Shown: one piece after another, positions 17,885-29,112 of the stretch | How positions within the stretch are numbered: the stretch's first letter is position 1 | Layout of the letters: the number at the start of each line of letters is the position of its first letter | Source of the DNA: Chloroflexota bacterium | GTDB taxonomy: Bacteria; Chloroflexota; Limnocylindria; Limnocylindrales; CSP1-4 | DNA length: 64,000 nucleotides | NCBI GenBank assembly: GCA_003152165.1 | Contig: PLZO01000022.1 | Location: 2,362 to 66,361 of the forward strand | Direction of reading: 5' to 3' | Position numbers and translations under genes: made by a program | Notes under the pieces: generated by a model | The model's input: only the letters and a program-made list of their open reading frames with translations | The model's database searches: none | What the model was told of the DNA's origin: nothing

Positions 17885-20620
17885 TCAGGGCTCTAGATCA
17901 GTGCGGCGGCCCGGGCTCCGGTCGGCCCGGCGGCGGCGGGCCGTCTGCTCGAGGAGCTTGGCGACGAGCGCCGTCCAGCCGGTCTGGTGGCTGGCTCCGA
18001 CACCCCGGCCGTTGTCGCCGTCGAAGTATTCGTAGAACGGGATCCGGTCGGCCCAGTTCGGGTCGGGCTGGAGGTGAGCGGTCGATCCCAGGACCGGGCG
18101 CCGGCCCTCGGCATCGCGCAGGAACAGGCCGACCAGCCGGTCGGACAGGTCCCAGGCCAGCTCGTCCAGCTCGCGCAGATTGCCCGAGCCAAACGGCAGC
18201 TCCACCTTGAGTGCACCGCCGTGGTAGTGGTGGAAGGTCAGATAAGCCTCGATCAGCAGGTAGTTGATCGGGAACCAGACTGGCCCCCGCCAGTTCGAGT
18301 TGCCCCCAAACAGCCCTGATCGGGATTCGGCCGGCTCGTAGCCGATCATGTATTGCTGGCCGCCCGGCAGGGTCAGGCTGACCGGGTTGGCAAGGTGCTC
18401 GCGACTCAGTGAGCGGACCCCGTGGGGACTGAGGAACTCGTCAGGATCGACGATCCGCCGGGTGATCTTGTGCAGCCGATCTTCGTGGACGAGCGATAAC
18501 AGCCGCCGTTCCCCCACGCCTGGCTCGGTCCAGCTCGCGACGTGCGCGGCGAGCTCAGGCCGATTGGCCAGGAACCAGCGCATCCGGCGCCGGAAGCCCG
18601 GTAGCGCTGCGATCACCTCGGGCTCGAGGACGTGGACCGCCAGCAGCGGGATCAGCCCGACGAGTGAGCGAATCGGGAGCGGCACCACCTCGCCAGAGTC
18701 GAAGTGGATCACGTCGTAGTAGAAGCTGTCCTTCTCGTTCCACAGGGAGAGCCCGGTCCCGCCGAGGTTGTTGAGGGCGCCCGCGATGTACAGGAAGTGC
18801 TCGAAGAACTTCGTGGCGATGTCCTCGTAGACGATGTCGCCCTGGGCGAGCTCGAGGGCGATCGCCAGCATGTTCAGGCAGAACATGCCCATCCAGGCCG
18901 TTCCATCCGCCTGGCCGAGGTGACCCCCACCCGGAAGGGGAGCGTCCCGGTCGAACAGGCCGATGTTGTCGAGGCCGAGGAAGCCACCCTGGAAGACGTT
19001 CGCGCCGTCGATGTCCTTGCGGTTTACCCACCACGTGAAGTTGAGCAGGAGCTTGTGAAAGACCCGCTCGAGAAAGCCCACGTCGCCCGTCCCGGTCGCC
19101 CGTCGATCGATCTGGTAGACCCGCCAGGCGGCCCATGCATGGACTGGCGGATTGACGTCTCCGAAGCGCCACTCGTAAGCGGGCAGCTGCCCGTTCGGGT
19201 GCATGTACCACTCGCGGGTGAGCAACAGCAGCTGGGCCTTGGCGAAGCTCGGGTCGATGACCGCCAGGGTGACGCAATGGAAGGCAAGGTCCCACGCCGC
19301 GAACCAGGGGTACTCCCAGTTGTCGGGCATCGACAGGATGTCCTTTGTGTTGAGCTCGCGCCAGTCGGCGTTGCGGCCGACCCGACGGGAGGCCGGCGGT
19401 GGTTTGGTCGGGTCGCCGTCGAGCCACTCGTTCACGTCGTAGTGATAGAACTGCTTGCACCAGATCAGCCCGGCGAATGCCTGTCGCTGGACGAGCCGCT
19501 CGTCCTCGGTCAAGGTGTCGCCGCCTAAGCTGGCATGGAACGCGTCGGCCTCGGCGATCCGCGCTTCGAACGTGGCATCGAACAGGCTGAATGGATCGGG
19601 CCCACTGGCGGCCGCCCGGGCGGCGGCGCCGAGGCGGAGGTGCAGCCGAAGGGTCTCGCTCGCACCCGGTGCAACGACCAGCCGGTGATGGCTGGCCGCC
19701 TTCGAACCGCAGGGCTCCGGGTTCGTGGCGGCGGCTTGGCCATCAACGATGGCCCGATGGAAGGCATCCTTGACGTACGGTCCGGCGTTGCGCAAGCCCC
19801 ACAGCCGCTCGGCATTCGACTCGTTCTCCGTGAACAGGAGCTCGCCCCCGCCATCGATGTCGAGCCGGATCTCTCCCAGGCGCGCGTCGTCGCCGACGAT
19901 GCTTGACTGATCCATGCCCGGTGCCGGCGGTCCTGCCTGGAGGCGCGGCCGCGGCTGGTCCCGGCCCCACGACCAGGTGTTGCGGAACCAGAGTGTCGGC
20001 AGCAGCCGGATCGGGGCCGGATCAGGGCCCATATTCGTGACCTGGATCCGGACGAGGATGTCGTCCGGGCCCGCTTTGGCGTATTCGACCACCACGTCGA
20101 ACCAACGTCCGCCGGCAAACGCGCCGGTGTCGACCAGCTCGTACTCGTCGTCGGCCCGGGTCCGCCGGGCATTCTCGGCCACGAGGTCGGCATATGGGAA
20201 CGCAACCTGGGGATAGGCGTAGGCCGCCTTGAGGTAGCTATGACTGGGCGTTGCATCGAGGAACCAGTAGAGCTCCTTGACGTCCTCGCCGTGATTGCCC
20301 TCGGGTCCGGACAAGCCGAACGGTCGCTCCTTGAGGATCGGGTCGTGCTCGTTCCAGAGGGCCAGGGCAAAGCACAGCCGGCCGTGATCGTCGCTGATGC
20401 CGAGCAGGCCGTCCTCGCCCCAGCGATAGGCCCGGGAGCGGGCCTGGTCGTGGGTCAGGTAGGTCCATGGCTCGCCATCGGCCGAGTAATCCTCACGGAC
20501 CGTTCCCCATGCGCGACTCGACAGGTACGGGCCCCAGCGTTCCCACTGGACTGTGTCCGCGTCGCGCTCGGCCAGGCGCCGCCGTTCCGGGTCGGACTCG
20601 TGCTTGGGTCGGGTGCTCAT
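17885..20620 (-). CDS. Large GH63-related (MGH1-like) glycoside hydrolase, putative glucosidase
   Basis: 911 aa. N-terminus [21 protein letters not shown]…AYRWGEDGL; central/C-terminal (alpha/alpha)6-barrel-like region with [16 protein letters not shown]. Family assignment is from memory of motifs only. Confidence 0.5.
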   Translation of the reverse strand: MSTRPKHESDPERRRLAERDADTVQWERWGPYLSSRAWGTVREDYSADGEPWTYLTHDQARSRAYRWGEDGLLGISDDHGRLCFALALWNEHDPILKERPFGLSGPEGNHGEDVKELYWFLDATPSHSYLKAAYAYPQVAFPYADLVAENARRTRADDEYELVDTGAFAGGRWFDVVVEYAKAGPDDILVRIQVTNMGPDPAPIRLLPTLWFRNTWSWGRDQPRPRLQAGPPAPGMDQSSIVGDDARLGEIRLDIDGGGELLFTENESNAERLWGLRNAGPYVKDAFHRAIVDGQAAATNPEPCGSKAASHHRLVVAPGASETLRLHLRLGAAARAAASGPDPFSLFDATFEARIAEADAFHASLGGDTLTEDERLVQRQAFAGLIWCKQFYHYDVNEWLDGDPTKPPPASRRVGRNADWRELNTKDILSMPDNWEYPWFAAWDLAFHCVTLAVIDPSFAKAQLLLLTREWYMHPNGQLPAYEWRFGDVNPPVHAWAAWRVYQIDRRATGTGDVGFLERVFHKLLLNFTWWVNRKDIDGANVFQGGFLGLDNIGLFDRDAPLPGGGHLGQADGTAWMGMFCLNMLAIALELAQGDIVYEDIATKFFEHFLYIAGALNNLGGTGLSLWNEKDSFYYDVIHFDSGEVVPLPIRSLVGLIPLLAVHVLEPEVIAALPGFRRRMRWFLANRPELAAHVASWTEPGVGERRLLSLVHEDRLHKITRRIVDPDEFLSPHGVRSLSREHLANPVSLTLPGGQQYMIGYEPAESRSGLFGGNSNWRGPVWFPINYLLIEAYLTFHHYHGGALKVELPFGSGNLRELDELAWDLSDRLVGLFLRDAEGRRPVLGSTAHLQPDPNWADRIPFYEYFDGDNGRGVGASHQTGWTALVAKLLEQTARRRRADRSPGRRTDLEP

Positions 20621-20794
20621 CGGGTCTATCGTGGCGCGTCCGCCGATCCCGTGCTGATTTGCCGGCTCGCGTCACGGTGGGAACCGAACGTACGTCACTG
20701 GCGTACGATCTCCCGACACTCTCAACCTGCCGGTCCCCACCGGTCCAGCCCAGCCGGTCGGCTACCGATCGGCACCCGTCACCGAGGGAGCCCG

Positions 20795-21805
20795 ATGACG
20801 AAGATCCAGGAGACCGGCGAGAAGGTCGTCGCCAACGTCGAGCGCGTGATCGTGGGCAAGCACCACGAAGTGCGCCTTGCCCTCGTCGCGCTGATGTGCG
20901 GCGGTCACCTCCTGATCGAGGACGTGCCCGGGACCGGCAAGACCGTCCTGGCCAAAGCGCTTGCCCGAAGCCTCGACTGCACATTCCGGCGGATCCAGTT
21001 CACCCCGGACCTGCTGCCGTCCGACGTGACCGGCCTGTCGATCTACAATCAGAAGACCCAGGAGTTCGAGTTCCGACCCGGGCCGATCATGGCCCAGGTG
21101 GTCCTCGCCGACGAGATCAACCGGGCGACGCCCAAGACCCAGTCGAGCCTCCTCGAGTGCATGGAAGAGCACCAGGCGACGATCGACGGCACGACCTACC
21201 CGATGCCCGATCCGTTTCTCGTGATCGCCACCCAGAACCCGATCGAGTACGAAGGCACGTTTGCGCTGCCCGAGGCGCAACTCGACCGGTTCATGCTCCG
21301 GCTGCGCCTGGGCTATCCTCAGCCGATCGAGGAGATCGTGATCCTCGACGAGCAGAAGCGGACCCATCCCCTCGACGAACTGGCCAAGGTCTGCTCGAAC
21401 AACGAGCTGCGCGAGATGCAGGCCGCGGTTCGCGAGGTGTACGTCGATAGCTCGGTCAGCGAGTACATCGTCCGGCTGGTGAACGGCACGCGCAATCATG
21501 CCGACGTCTATCTGGGTGCTTCGCCCCGCGGCTCGATTGCGCTGTACCGGGCGAGTCAGGCCTACGCCGGGTTGCTTGGCCGCGACTACGTCATTCCGGA
21601 TGACGTCAAGGCCCTGGCCGAGCCCTGCCTTGCCCACCGCCTGATCATCAAGACGAGCGCCACGATCCACGACGTGCTGCCTGCCCAGATCGTTCGGGAG
21701 CTGCTCGACACCCTGCCGGTCGGGGCGCTGTCGCCCACGCTCCACGGTCCGCGCGAGATCCGGGCCACTTCCTGGGACGATCCCGCTGAACGACTGGCTC
21801 GCTGA
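20795..21805 (+). CDS. moxR: MoxR-family AAA+ ATPase
   Basis: Walker A (GVPGTGKT), Walker B (LLADEINRA) and sensor motifs. I place the start at the ATG at 20795 ([10 protein letters not shown]); the longer ORF-track start is unlikely. Confidence 0.85.
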   Translation: MTKIQETGEKVVANVERVIVGKHHEVRLALVALMCGGHLLIEDVPGTGKTVLAKALARSLDCTFRRIQFTPDLLPSDVTGLSIYNQKTQEFEFRPGPIMAQVVLADEINRATPKTQSSLLECMEEHQATIDGTTYPMPDPFLVIATQNPIEYEGTFALPEAQLDRFMLRLRLGYPQPIEEIVILDEQKRTHPLDELAKVCSNNELREMQAAVREVYVDSSVSEYIVRLVNGTRNHADVYLGASPRGSIALYRASQAYAGLLGRDYVIPDDVKALAEPCLAHRLIIKTSATIHDVLPAQIVRELLDTLPVGALSPTLHGPREIRATSWDDPAERLAR

Positions 21806-21817
21806 GGTCCCGGTTCG

Positions 21818-23026
21818 GTGCTGCGCCGGTTGCCGATCGTCGCACTGGCCGTCCTCCTTGTCCTGGCTGCGTTCTCGTCGGGCCTGCCGTTCCTGTTCTA
21901 CCTGCTCTACCTTGGCATCCTGGTCATCGGCGGGAGCTACGTCCTGACCCGGTTAGGCCTGGCCGACCTCGAGGCGGGTTACGCAGTTGGGCAGGTCACC
22001 GGTCATGTCGGTGAGCAACTCAAGGTCACGTACACCCTGCGCAATGCCGGCCGGATGCCGAAGCCCTGGCTGGAAGTCCATAACCCGACCAGTCTGCCAG
22101 TGGCGATCCCCGGTCGGGCGATCGGGATCGGTTCGCGGGCCGAACGATCGTGGATCGCCAGGGTGCCTCTGACCCGCCGCGGCCACTTCCGGATCGAGCC
22201 CCTCCAGGTCCGGACCGGCGATCCGTTCGGCTTCTTCGAGGCCTCGGCTGTCGTCGGCCAGGCGATCACCCTCGTGGTCTATCCGCGGGTCGATCCGTTG
22301 CCGCTGTGGCGACTCCCATCCGCGAGTATCGAGGGTAGCCACGCTGCGCCCGAGCGAACGATCCAGACCAGCCCGCTCGCCACGAGTGTCCGACCATACG
22401 CCCCGGGCGATGGCTTCAACCGAATCCACTGGAAGTCGACTGCCCGTCAGGGCGAGATCCAGGTCAAGGAGTTCGATCTGGAGCAGACCGCCGACGTATG
22501 GCTCTTCCTTGACCTCGACGGCCGGATCCAGGAGGGCAGTGGCGCGACATCCAGCGTCGAGCTGGCCGTTCGGGCGGCCGCTTCGATCGCCGTCAAGTCA
22601 CTGGGCGAGAACCGCGCCGTCGGCCTGACCGCGTACGGCCACCGAATGGCGGTCCTGCCAGCAGACCGAGGCGGGCGCCAATATCTCAAGGTAATGCAGC
22701 TCCTTGCAGCGGTCGAAGGAGACGGGACGACGGCGCTTGTCGAGGGCCTTTTGTCGGGCCTGCCCCGACTGCGCCGGGGGATGACTGCCGTGTTGATCAC
22801 GCCTTCGCTGGACCGATCCTGGGTGCGTCCACTCGCCAGCCTGCGAGGCCGAGGGATTGCGACGGTGGTCGTAACCGTCCGAGCCGCTGGGGCGAGCGAA
22901 CCAGGCTCGGACGCCGCGATGGCGAACCGGGCGCTCGGTCACGCCCTCGCCGAGTACGAGCTGGCGACATACACGATCAGTCCCGAGCGGACCCTCGGCG
23001 CCCAGCTGGCCCGGGTCCGCCGATGA
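21818..23026 (+). CDS. DUF58-domain protein (vWA-like), MoxR partner
   Basis: N-terminal TM helices, then RIHWKSTARQGEIQVKEFDLE (DUF58 signature). Confidence 0.8.
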   Translation: MLRRLPIVALAVLLVLAAFSSGLPFLFYLLYLGILVIGGSYVLTRLGLADLEAGYAVGQVTGHVGEQLKVTYTLRNAGRMPKPWLEVHNPTSLPVAIPGRAIGIGSRAERSWIARVPLTRRGHFRIEPLQVRTGDPFGFFEASAVVGQAITLVVYPRVDPLPLWRLPSASIEGSHAAPERTIQTSPLATSVRPYAPGDGFNRIHWKSTARQGEIQVKEFDLEQTADVWLFLDLDGRIQEGSGATSSVELAVRAAASIAVKSLGENRAVGLTAYGHRMAVLPADRGGRQYLKVMQLLAAVEGDGTTALVEGLLSGLPRLRRGMTAVLITPSLDRSWVRPLASLRGRGIATVVVTVRAAGASEPGSDAAMANRALGHALAEYELATYTISPERTLGAQLARVRR

Positions 23027-25359
23027 CCTCCCGGCGATCGCGCCAGATCCCGCTGTCGCCGGCCGAGGGCTGGCCGAGCCTGGGGCTGGTCCTGGTCCTC
23101 GCTGGCTGTCTGGCCTGGTCGATCGACGACGCCCGCTGGGTGCTCGGCCGAGCCGAGCTAACGGCATTCCTGCCATATGCGGCGGCCGGCGGGGTGGCCT
23201 GGGGATTCATCTCGGCAAAGGTCGGCTGGCCGCGCTGGCTGGCCCACCTGCTGGGGGCCGTCTTCGCCGCCTTGCTCCTGCCGATTGCGGTTGGCGGCAT
23301 CCTGTTGAACGGCAACTTCAGTCCGGGCCCGGCGTTCGTGGCCACGGCGACATCGAGCGTCGAGGCGTACCTCGATCTCGCCTTCCGCGGCCTTGCCTTC
23401 ACGCAGCAATACGGCCATTTCATGCTCCTCGTGGGCATCCTGTGCTGGGGCACTGGCCAATTCACGAGCTACGCCGTGTTCGGCCACCATCGGCCGTTAA
23501 ACGCGGTGATCGTCGCCGGGGTCGCGTTGGTCCTGGATATGAGCCTGACCCGGGACGAACAGCTCAGCATCCTGATCTGGTTCAGCCTGGCCGCCCTGTT
23601 CCTGTTGATCCGGCTGCACGCTCTCGATGAGAAATCAACCTGGCTGCGCCACCGACTGGGCGACGCCGGCTCGCTGTCGGGGATCTATCTGCGGGCAGGC
23701 ACGGCGTTCATCGGGATCGTCGTTGTCGGTGCGCTCGTCCTCACTGCCACAGCGTCATCGGCGCCCCTGGCCGGCCTGGGCCGGGGCCTGGACGAGAGGC
23801 TGGTCGAGATGACCCATGGACTTGAGGCCGTCTTCCGCGGTGGTGGGCCGGGCTCGCGCATCTCGCCGGTCGATTTCCTGTCGTCGACCCGGATCACCGG
23901 AGAGTGGGTCACCGACAACACGCCCGTTCTCCAGATCAAGGTGCCCGACGCAGGCCACTACTACTGGCGGGCGGTTGCCTACGACAAGTTCGACGGTCGC
24001 GACTGGAGCATCACGAGTCCCCAACAGACGGGAGTCGCAGCCGGTGACTCGCTCCTGACCGGGACCCTCGACGATCCAGGACCGCAGGCCGGCCGGCACC
24101 AGGTGACCTTCAGCGTCCACGAGCTGGACTACACACCGGCGGCAATCTTCGCCCCGGACGCGCCCCTGAAGCTCTCGACCGACGCGACCGTGTCCCTCCT
24201 TGGCACCTCGCCCGAGCGCTCCGTGGGGACCATCACGACCTCCTCGTCGGGTGACTACCAGGTGACCTCGGAAGTGCCGTCCGACTACGCCACGGACCCG
24301 GCCCACGGCCTGACCGCGAACCAGCTGCGTGTCGCCGGCAGGGCCTATCCCTTGGGGATCTCGGCATACTTCCTGCAGCTCGACGCGGCCGTCGCACGAG
24401 GGCCGAACACGGTCAGGCTGCTGGCCGCGATCCTGGCCGCCCACCCCGAGGCAACCAACCCATACGACATCAGCCGGGCAATCGTCAGCTACCTCAAGAA
24501 TGAGGGTGGCTTCACTTACCAGGCCAACGTGTCCGGGGTCGATTGCGGCAATGACGGGGTGGTTGAATGCTTCGCCCGGACGAAGCTCGGCTACTGCGAG
24601 TACTACGCCAGCACAATGGTCGTCCTCCTGCGGATGGAGGGCATTCCGGCCCGTCTTGCCGAGGGCTTCCTGCCGAGCACGCCGGACGCCAACGGGGTCG
24701 AGACGATCGAGCGCAGCGCCTCGCACGCCTGGGTTGAGGTGTATTTCCCGAACTACGGCTGGATCACCTTCGATCCAACTGGCGGCGGCGTCGGCCAGGA
24801 TGAGCTGCTGGCGCAGGGGCCGGTCGTGACACCGCTGCCCTCGGCCAGGCCGTCCCCGGCCGGCTCGGCCGGGGTTGACGCGACGGATGCGCGCCGGACG
24901 GTTCGTCCCGACGGCCAGAACTCGAGCAGCGGCGGGCCACTCACGGGATCCGGGCCGGGCACAGGTGGCTACGTGCTTATCGGGCTCCTCCTCGTGGCGA
25001 TCATGGGCGGCCTGGTCTTCCTTGCCTGGCAACGCGGCCCGAGGACACCTCAGGAACCGGATCGCGTCTACGGTGGGGTCGTTGGGCTCGCCCGCCGGTT
25101 GGGCTTTGGTCCTCGACCGAATCAGACCGTTTACGAGTACGCTGGCGGCCTCGCTGACATCCTGCCTTCCGCCCGGCCTGACCTGCATACGGTGGCGCTG
25201 GCCAAAGTCGAGGTTGCCTACGGCCGGCGGACGCTCGAGCCGACCCGGATCGACGCTCTTCGCCAGGCCCAGCGCCGCCTGCGTTTCGTATTGCTCGGCC
25301 TGGTCTTCCGCCGCGCTGAACGACGCGCCCGCGGGCGTAATCGGCCGCGCAGCAGGTAG
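23023..25359 (+). CDS. Transglutaminase-like (DUF3488/TGase) membrane protein
   Basis: Multi-TM N-terminus; core TGase motif (TKLGYCEYYASTMVVLLRMEGIPARLAEGF). It forms the classic MoxR-DUF58-TGase operon with 4-nt overlaps. Confidence 0.8.
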   Translation: MTSRRSRQIPLSPAEGWPSLGLVLVLAGCLAWSIDDARWVLGRAELTAFLPYAAAGGVAWGFISAKVGWPRWLAHLLGAVFAALLLPIAVGGILLNGNFSPGPAFVATATSSVEAYLDLAFRGLAFTQQYGHFMLLVGILCWGTGQFTSYAVFGHHRPLNAVIVAGVALVLDMSLTRDEQLSILIWFSLAALFLLIRLHALDEKSTWLRHRLGDAGSLSGIYLRAGTAFIGIVVVGALVLTATASSAPLAGLGRGLDERLVEMTHGLEAVFRGGGPGSRISPVDFLSSTRITGEWVTDNTPVLQIKVPDAGHYYWRAVAYDKFDGRDWSITSPQQTGVAAGDSLLTGTLDDPGPQAGRHQVTFSVHELDYTPAAIFAPDAPLKLSTDATVSLLGTSPERSVGTITTSSSGDYQVTSEVPSDYATDPAHGLTANQLRVAGRAYPLGISAYFLQLDAAVARGPNTVRLLAAILAAHPEATNPYDISRAIVSYLKNEGGFTYQANVSGVDCGNDGVVECFARTKLGYCEYYASTMVVLLRMEGIPARLAEGFLPSTPDANGVETIERSASHAWVEVYFPNYGWITFDPTGGGVGQDELLAQGPVVTPLPSARPSPAGSAGVDATDARRTVRPDGQNSSSGGPLTGSGPGTGGYVLIGLLLVAIMGGLVFLAWQRGPRTPQEPDRVYGGVVGLARRLGFGPRPNQTVYEYAGGLADILPSARPDLHTVALAKVEVAYGRRTLEPTRIDALRQAQRRLRFVLLGLVFRRAERRARGRNRPRSR

Positions 25360-25388
25360 TCCGCCGGTCGAAGCTCGGCGGGCGTCGG

Positions 25389-26234
25389 CTAGAGCGCGCC
25401 GCTCGCCCCCTGATCCGGGTTCTCGCCGTCAGCTCCGCCAGCATCCTGGAGCGGCCCGAGGTGATCCATCAGGTTGTGGGCCCGCAGCACCGCCACCCCG
25501 TCGTGGATACCCACGATCGTGATCCCGGTCAGGCCGAACGCGAACGACCAGAATCGCTCGAGTGGCAAGTCGAGCAGGGCGAGCAGGACTACCTTGAAGA
25601 CACCGTCGTGAGCGACCAGCAGCGACCAGGCCGGGCTGCTGCTTGGCGGCGGGTAGCCGGCGGCCGAGGTTCGGGCCGCCTCGGTCGATTGACCGGAAGC
25701 GCGGAGCCGGTCGATGATCCGCGGCAGTGCTGCCCGAACCCGGCGATCGACCTCGACCAGCCGCTCGCCGCCTGGCGCCTGGTGCTGATTCGGCGCCTGT
25801 CGCCAAGCCTCGAGCTCAGCCCCGAAGCGCGCTTCGACGTCAGCCCGGTGGAGTCCCTCCCAGGCGCCCTGGCCCACCTCGAGGAGGCCAACCTCGGGCC
25901 GCGGCGTCGGCACGGCCGCGCCATGGACGGTCCGCAAGGCCCGTTCGGCTGCGAACGCTGTGCCCGTGGTCCGGGCCAGCGGGGAGTGGGCGATCTCGAT
26001 CGGTGCCGTTGCCGGGATGGCGATGTGGGGCCTTCGGTCGGGACGGGCCAGCCGCTCGCCGGCCAAGCGGGCCTGGTCCTCACCAAGCGGACTCAGGGGG
26101 GTGTCGAGGCGGCCCTGGAATCGCTCTTCGGTGATCGCCAGCGACTCGCCGTGGCGGAGCAGGACCAGGCTGGCGTTGAGTCCGGACGGGATGACCAGCC
26201 GAGTCAGTGCTCCGTCCCCAGCCGGATCAACCAC
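25389..26234 (-). CDS. Histidine phosphatase family protein (phosphoglycerate-mutase-like)
   Basis: LVLLRHGES…RLQG motif near the N-terminus. The start may be internal to the listed ORF. Confidence 0.7.
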   Translation of the reverse strand: MVDPAGDGALTRLVIPSGLNASLVLLRHGESLAITEERFQGRLDTPLSPLGEDQARLAGERLARPDRRPHIAIPATAPIEIAHSPLARTTGTAFAAERALRTVHGAAVPTPRPEVGLLEVGQGAWEGLHRADVEARFGAELEAWRQAPNQHQAPGGERLVEVDRRVRAALPRIIDRLRASGQSTEAARTSAAGYPPPSSSPAWSLLVAHDGVFKVVLLALLDLPLERFWSFAFGLTGITIVGIHDGVAVLRAHNLMDHLGPLQDAGGADGENPDQGASGAL

Positions 26235-27799
26235 AGGTCAAGGACCGCCTCCTGGGCGCGAATCGCATCGGCCACCGCCGGTGGCACGTCATCATCGAGG
26301 GCCAGGATCATCAGCGCATCTGCCCGCGGCACGGATCGGGCAAGGTGCATCGCGCTGATGTTGACGTCCGCCGCGCCCAGCATCGATCCGATCCGGCCCA
26401 CCGTGCCCGGCCGATCCTGGTGGCGGGTGACCAGCATGACCGGGCTGGGCGCCAGGTCGGTTGAGTGGTCATTCAGGCGGGTGAGCCGGGCCTCGCCGTT
26501 GGCGACCGTCCCGCCGATCGTGGTCGTGGTTCCGTCGGCTTCCCCGGTCAGGGTCAGGAGCGAGCTGTAGGCGCCTGCATCGGACGACTTGCGCTCGACG
26601 ATCGCGATCCCGCGAGCCCGGGCCAGCGAGGTCGCGTTGACCAGGTTGACCCGCTCGGTGGTCGAGGTTTCGAGCAGGCCCCGCAGGACGGCCGCGGTGA
26701 GCGGCGCCGCATCCTGACCAGCCAGCTCCCGGGCGAGTTCACCACCCACCTCCAGCGTGAGCCGCTGGACGCCCGTCCGGCTGAACTGGGCGAAGAACCG
26801 GCCGAGGATCTCGGCCAAAGGCAGATATGGGGCGATCGCCCGGGCTGTTTCCGGGGTGAGCAGCGGAGCATTGACCGCGTAGCGAGCCGGCCGACCCGCC
26901 AGGACATCGATGATCTGGGCAGCGACCTCCTCGGCCACCAGGACCTGGGCCTCGGCGGTCGACGCGCCGAGGTGCGGGGTCAGGACGGTGTTCGGCGCAG
27001 CCAGCAAGGGCGAGCCGACTGGCGGCTCGTGATCGAAGACGTCGATCCCGGCGCCGCCGAGGTGGCCCGAGTGGAGTGCATCGGCCACGGCCGCCTCATC
27101 GAGGATGCCGCCGCGGGCGGCATTGAGCAGGAAGGCGCCGGCCTTCATCCGGGCAATCTCCGGCGCGCCGATCAGACCACGCGTCTGGCGGGTGAGCGGG
27201 ACGTGGACCGTGATCGCATCGGCGCGCTCGAGCAGTGCGCCGAAGGTCACCAGCTCGACGCCATGGACCGCGGCACTCTCGGTCGAGATGTACGGGTCGA
27301 CCGCGATCACCATCATCTCCATCGCCCGCGCCCGCTTGGCGATCGCCTGGCCGATCTTGCCCAGGCCGATGATCCCGAGGGTCCGACCGCGCAGCTCGAC
27401 ACCGGTGAACTGGCTGCGTTTCCACTCCCCGCGCCGGACCGAGGCATCAGCTGCTGCCACCCGACGAGCCAGGACGTACAAGAGGGCAAGGGTGTGTTCG
27501 GCGGCCGCGATCGTGTTGCCGGTCGGTGCGTTGACCACAGTGATCCCGGCCCGGGTCGCGGCCTCGAGGTCGACATTGTCGACGCCCACGCCCGCCCGCC
27601 CGATCACGACCAGGCGGCGTCCCGCATCGATCAGGTCGGCGTCGACCTGGACCTGGCTCCGGACGACGAGCGCGTCGTATTCCGGCAGCAGGGCCCGGTA
27701 GTCGTCCTTGGTCAGGCCGATTCGCTCGTCGACGTCGTGCTGCTCGCGCAGAAGCTCAAGGCCTTCCGGCGCCACCGACTCGGCGACCAGGATCTTCAC
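26204..27799 (-). CDS. serA: D-3-phosphoglycerate dehydrogenase with C-terminal ACT domain
   Basis: 531 aa; NAD-binding GxGxxG (GIIGLGKIGQ), catalytic His/Glu region, C-terminal ASB/ACT. Confidence 0.85.
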   Translation of the reverse strand: MKILVAESVAPEGLELLREQHDVDERIGLTKDDYRALLPEYDALVVRSQVQVDADLIDAGRRLVVIGRAGVGVDNVDLEAATRAGITVVNAPTGNTIAAAEHTLALLYVLARRVAAADASVRRGEWKRSQFTGVELRGRTLGIIGLGKIGQAIAKRARAMEMMVIAVDPYISTESAAVHGVELVTFGALLERADAITVHVPLTRQTRGLIGAPEIARMKAGAFLLNAARGGILDEAAVADALHSGHLGGAGIDVFDHEPPVGSPLLAAPNTVLTPHLGASTAEAQVLVAEEVAAQIIDVLAGRPARYAVNAPLLTPETARAIAPYLPLAEILGRFFAQFSRTGVQRLTLEVGGELARELAGQDAAPLTAAVLRGLLETSTTERVNLVNATSLARARGIAIVERKSSDAGAYSSLLTLTGEADGTTTTIGGTVANGEARLTRLNDHSTDLAPSPVMLVTRHQDRPGTVGRIGSMLGAADVNISAMHLARSVPRADALMILALDDDVPPAVADAIRAQEAVLDLWLIRLGTEH

Positions 27800-29040
27800 G
27801 CGCCGGCCCCGCCGGTCGCTGCTGCCACAGCCGCTGGGCGGATACCCATCATCTCGAGGGCGGCCGACTGGGCCGCCGCGACCCCGACACCGGGCTGGAC
27901 CCGGCGCTCGAAGCGGATCGACACCTCCTCGAGCACGCCGATCGCATCGAGGATCTCACCGAGGGTGACCGAACCCAGGTGGCCGAGCCGGAAGATCTGG
28001 CCGGCCAGCAGACCCTGGCCACCGGCCAGGATGACGCCTTCACCTTTCACTGCGCCGTTGATCGCTTTCCAGTCGAAGCCAGCCGGCACCCGGACGGCGG
28101 TCACCGTGCGTGAATAGTGGGCCGGATCCGCGAACAACTCGAAGCCGAGCGCCTCGATGCCCGCCCGAGCCGCCGCGGCGCAGGTCTCATGGCGGGCGAA
28201 GATCGCCTCGGCGCCCTCGCTCTCCATCAACTGCAGGCCGGCGTCCACCTGGTAGACGACCGCGATCGCCGGCGTCCAGGGCGTCTCGCCCAGGGCGTGG
28301 GCATCGCGATGCTTGCGCAGGTCGAGGTAGAACCGGGGCATCCGGGCGGTTTCCATCGCTGCCCACGCCCGCTCCGACGCGGCGACCATGGCCAGACCGG
28401 GAGCGGCCATCCACGCCTTCTGGGAGCCCGTCACGACCACGTCCACGCCCCAGGCGTCCATCTGGAAGGGCACAGCGCCAAGGCCCGAGACACTGTCGAC
28501 GATGATCAGGGCGTCGGGCTGGACCGCGCGGATTGCGGCGGCCAGCTCGGCGATCGGGTTCATCACCGCGGTCGACGTTTCGTTGTGGGTGAGCAGAACG
28601 GCCCGATAGCCCGGGTTAGCCTCCAGATGGGCGCGCACCTCGGAGGGGTCGGCGGCCCGGCCCCATTCGATCGACAACTTCGTCACGTCCGCCCCATAGA
28701 CGCCGGCGATCTTGGCGATCCGATCGCCGAACGCGCCAATCGACACCGCCAGGACCCGATCGCCCGGCGAGAGCGTGTTGACGACGGCTGCCTCGAGCCC
28801 GCCCGAACCCGCACACGACAGGATGGCCACGTCGCTGGTCGTCCCGAAGTAGGGCTTCATCCGGGTCAGGATCCGACCCAGCATCGCCGCGAATTCGGGG
28901 CTCCGGTGGTTGATCATCTGGCGGCCGCCCGCTTCCCGGACGCTGGGCGGCAGGGCGGTTGGTCCGGGGATCCGGAGGTTGGGCTCGAAGCGGTTCACGA
29001 ATCGGCTCCTGTGCTGATGCGGATCCCCGGACCGTGCCAT
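27796..29040 (-). CDS. Class-V aminotransferase (phosphoserine aminotransferase SerC-type or Ser/Ala-glyoxylate aminotransferase)
   Basis: IPGPT…MINHRSPEF N-terminus; PLP-lysine region. It lies adjacent to serA, which argues for a SerC role. Confidence 0.75.
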   Translation of the reverse strand: MARSGDPHQHRSRFVNRFEPNLRIPGPTALPPSVREAGGRQMINHRSPEFAAMLGRILTRMKPYFGTTSDVAILSCAGSGGLEAAVVNTLSPGDRVLAVSIGAFGDRIAKIAGVYGADVTKLSIEWGRAADPSEVRAHLEANPGYRAVLLTHNETSTAVMNPIAELAAAIRAVQPDALIIVDSVSGLGAVPFQMDAWGVDVVVTGSQKAWMAAPGLAMVAASERAWAAMETARMPRFYLDLRKHRDAHALGETPWTPAIAVVYQVDAGLQLMESEGAEAIFARHETCAAAARAGIEALGFELFADPAHYSRTVTAVRVPAGFDWKAINGAVKGEGVILAGGQGLLAGQIFRLGHLGSVTLGEILDAIGVLEEVSIRFERRVQPGVGVAAAQSAALEMMGIRPAAVAAATGGAGA

Positions 29041-29112
29041 GGGACCGGGGAGCCCTGGCGACCTTCGACCGCGTCTAATCGCGATCTTAGCCGGACCGGT
29101 GGGCGAGAGAGC

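Noticed and set aside
18555-20370. Several 250-300 aa ORFs on both strands (18555-19460, 18704-19528, 19525-20370)
   Set aside because: All overlap the GH63-like gene in other frames. Pro/Arg/Gly-rich GC artefacts.
20762-21745. 327-aa minus-strand ORF, and the 521-aa extended plus-strand ORF starting at 20240
   Set aside because: Both are antisense to, or a 5' over-extension of, moxR. The true MoxR start is the ATG at 20795, directly before the AAA+ core.
23755-25188. 477-aa minus-strand ORF
   Set aside because: Antisense to the transglutaminase-like gene.
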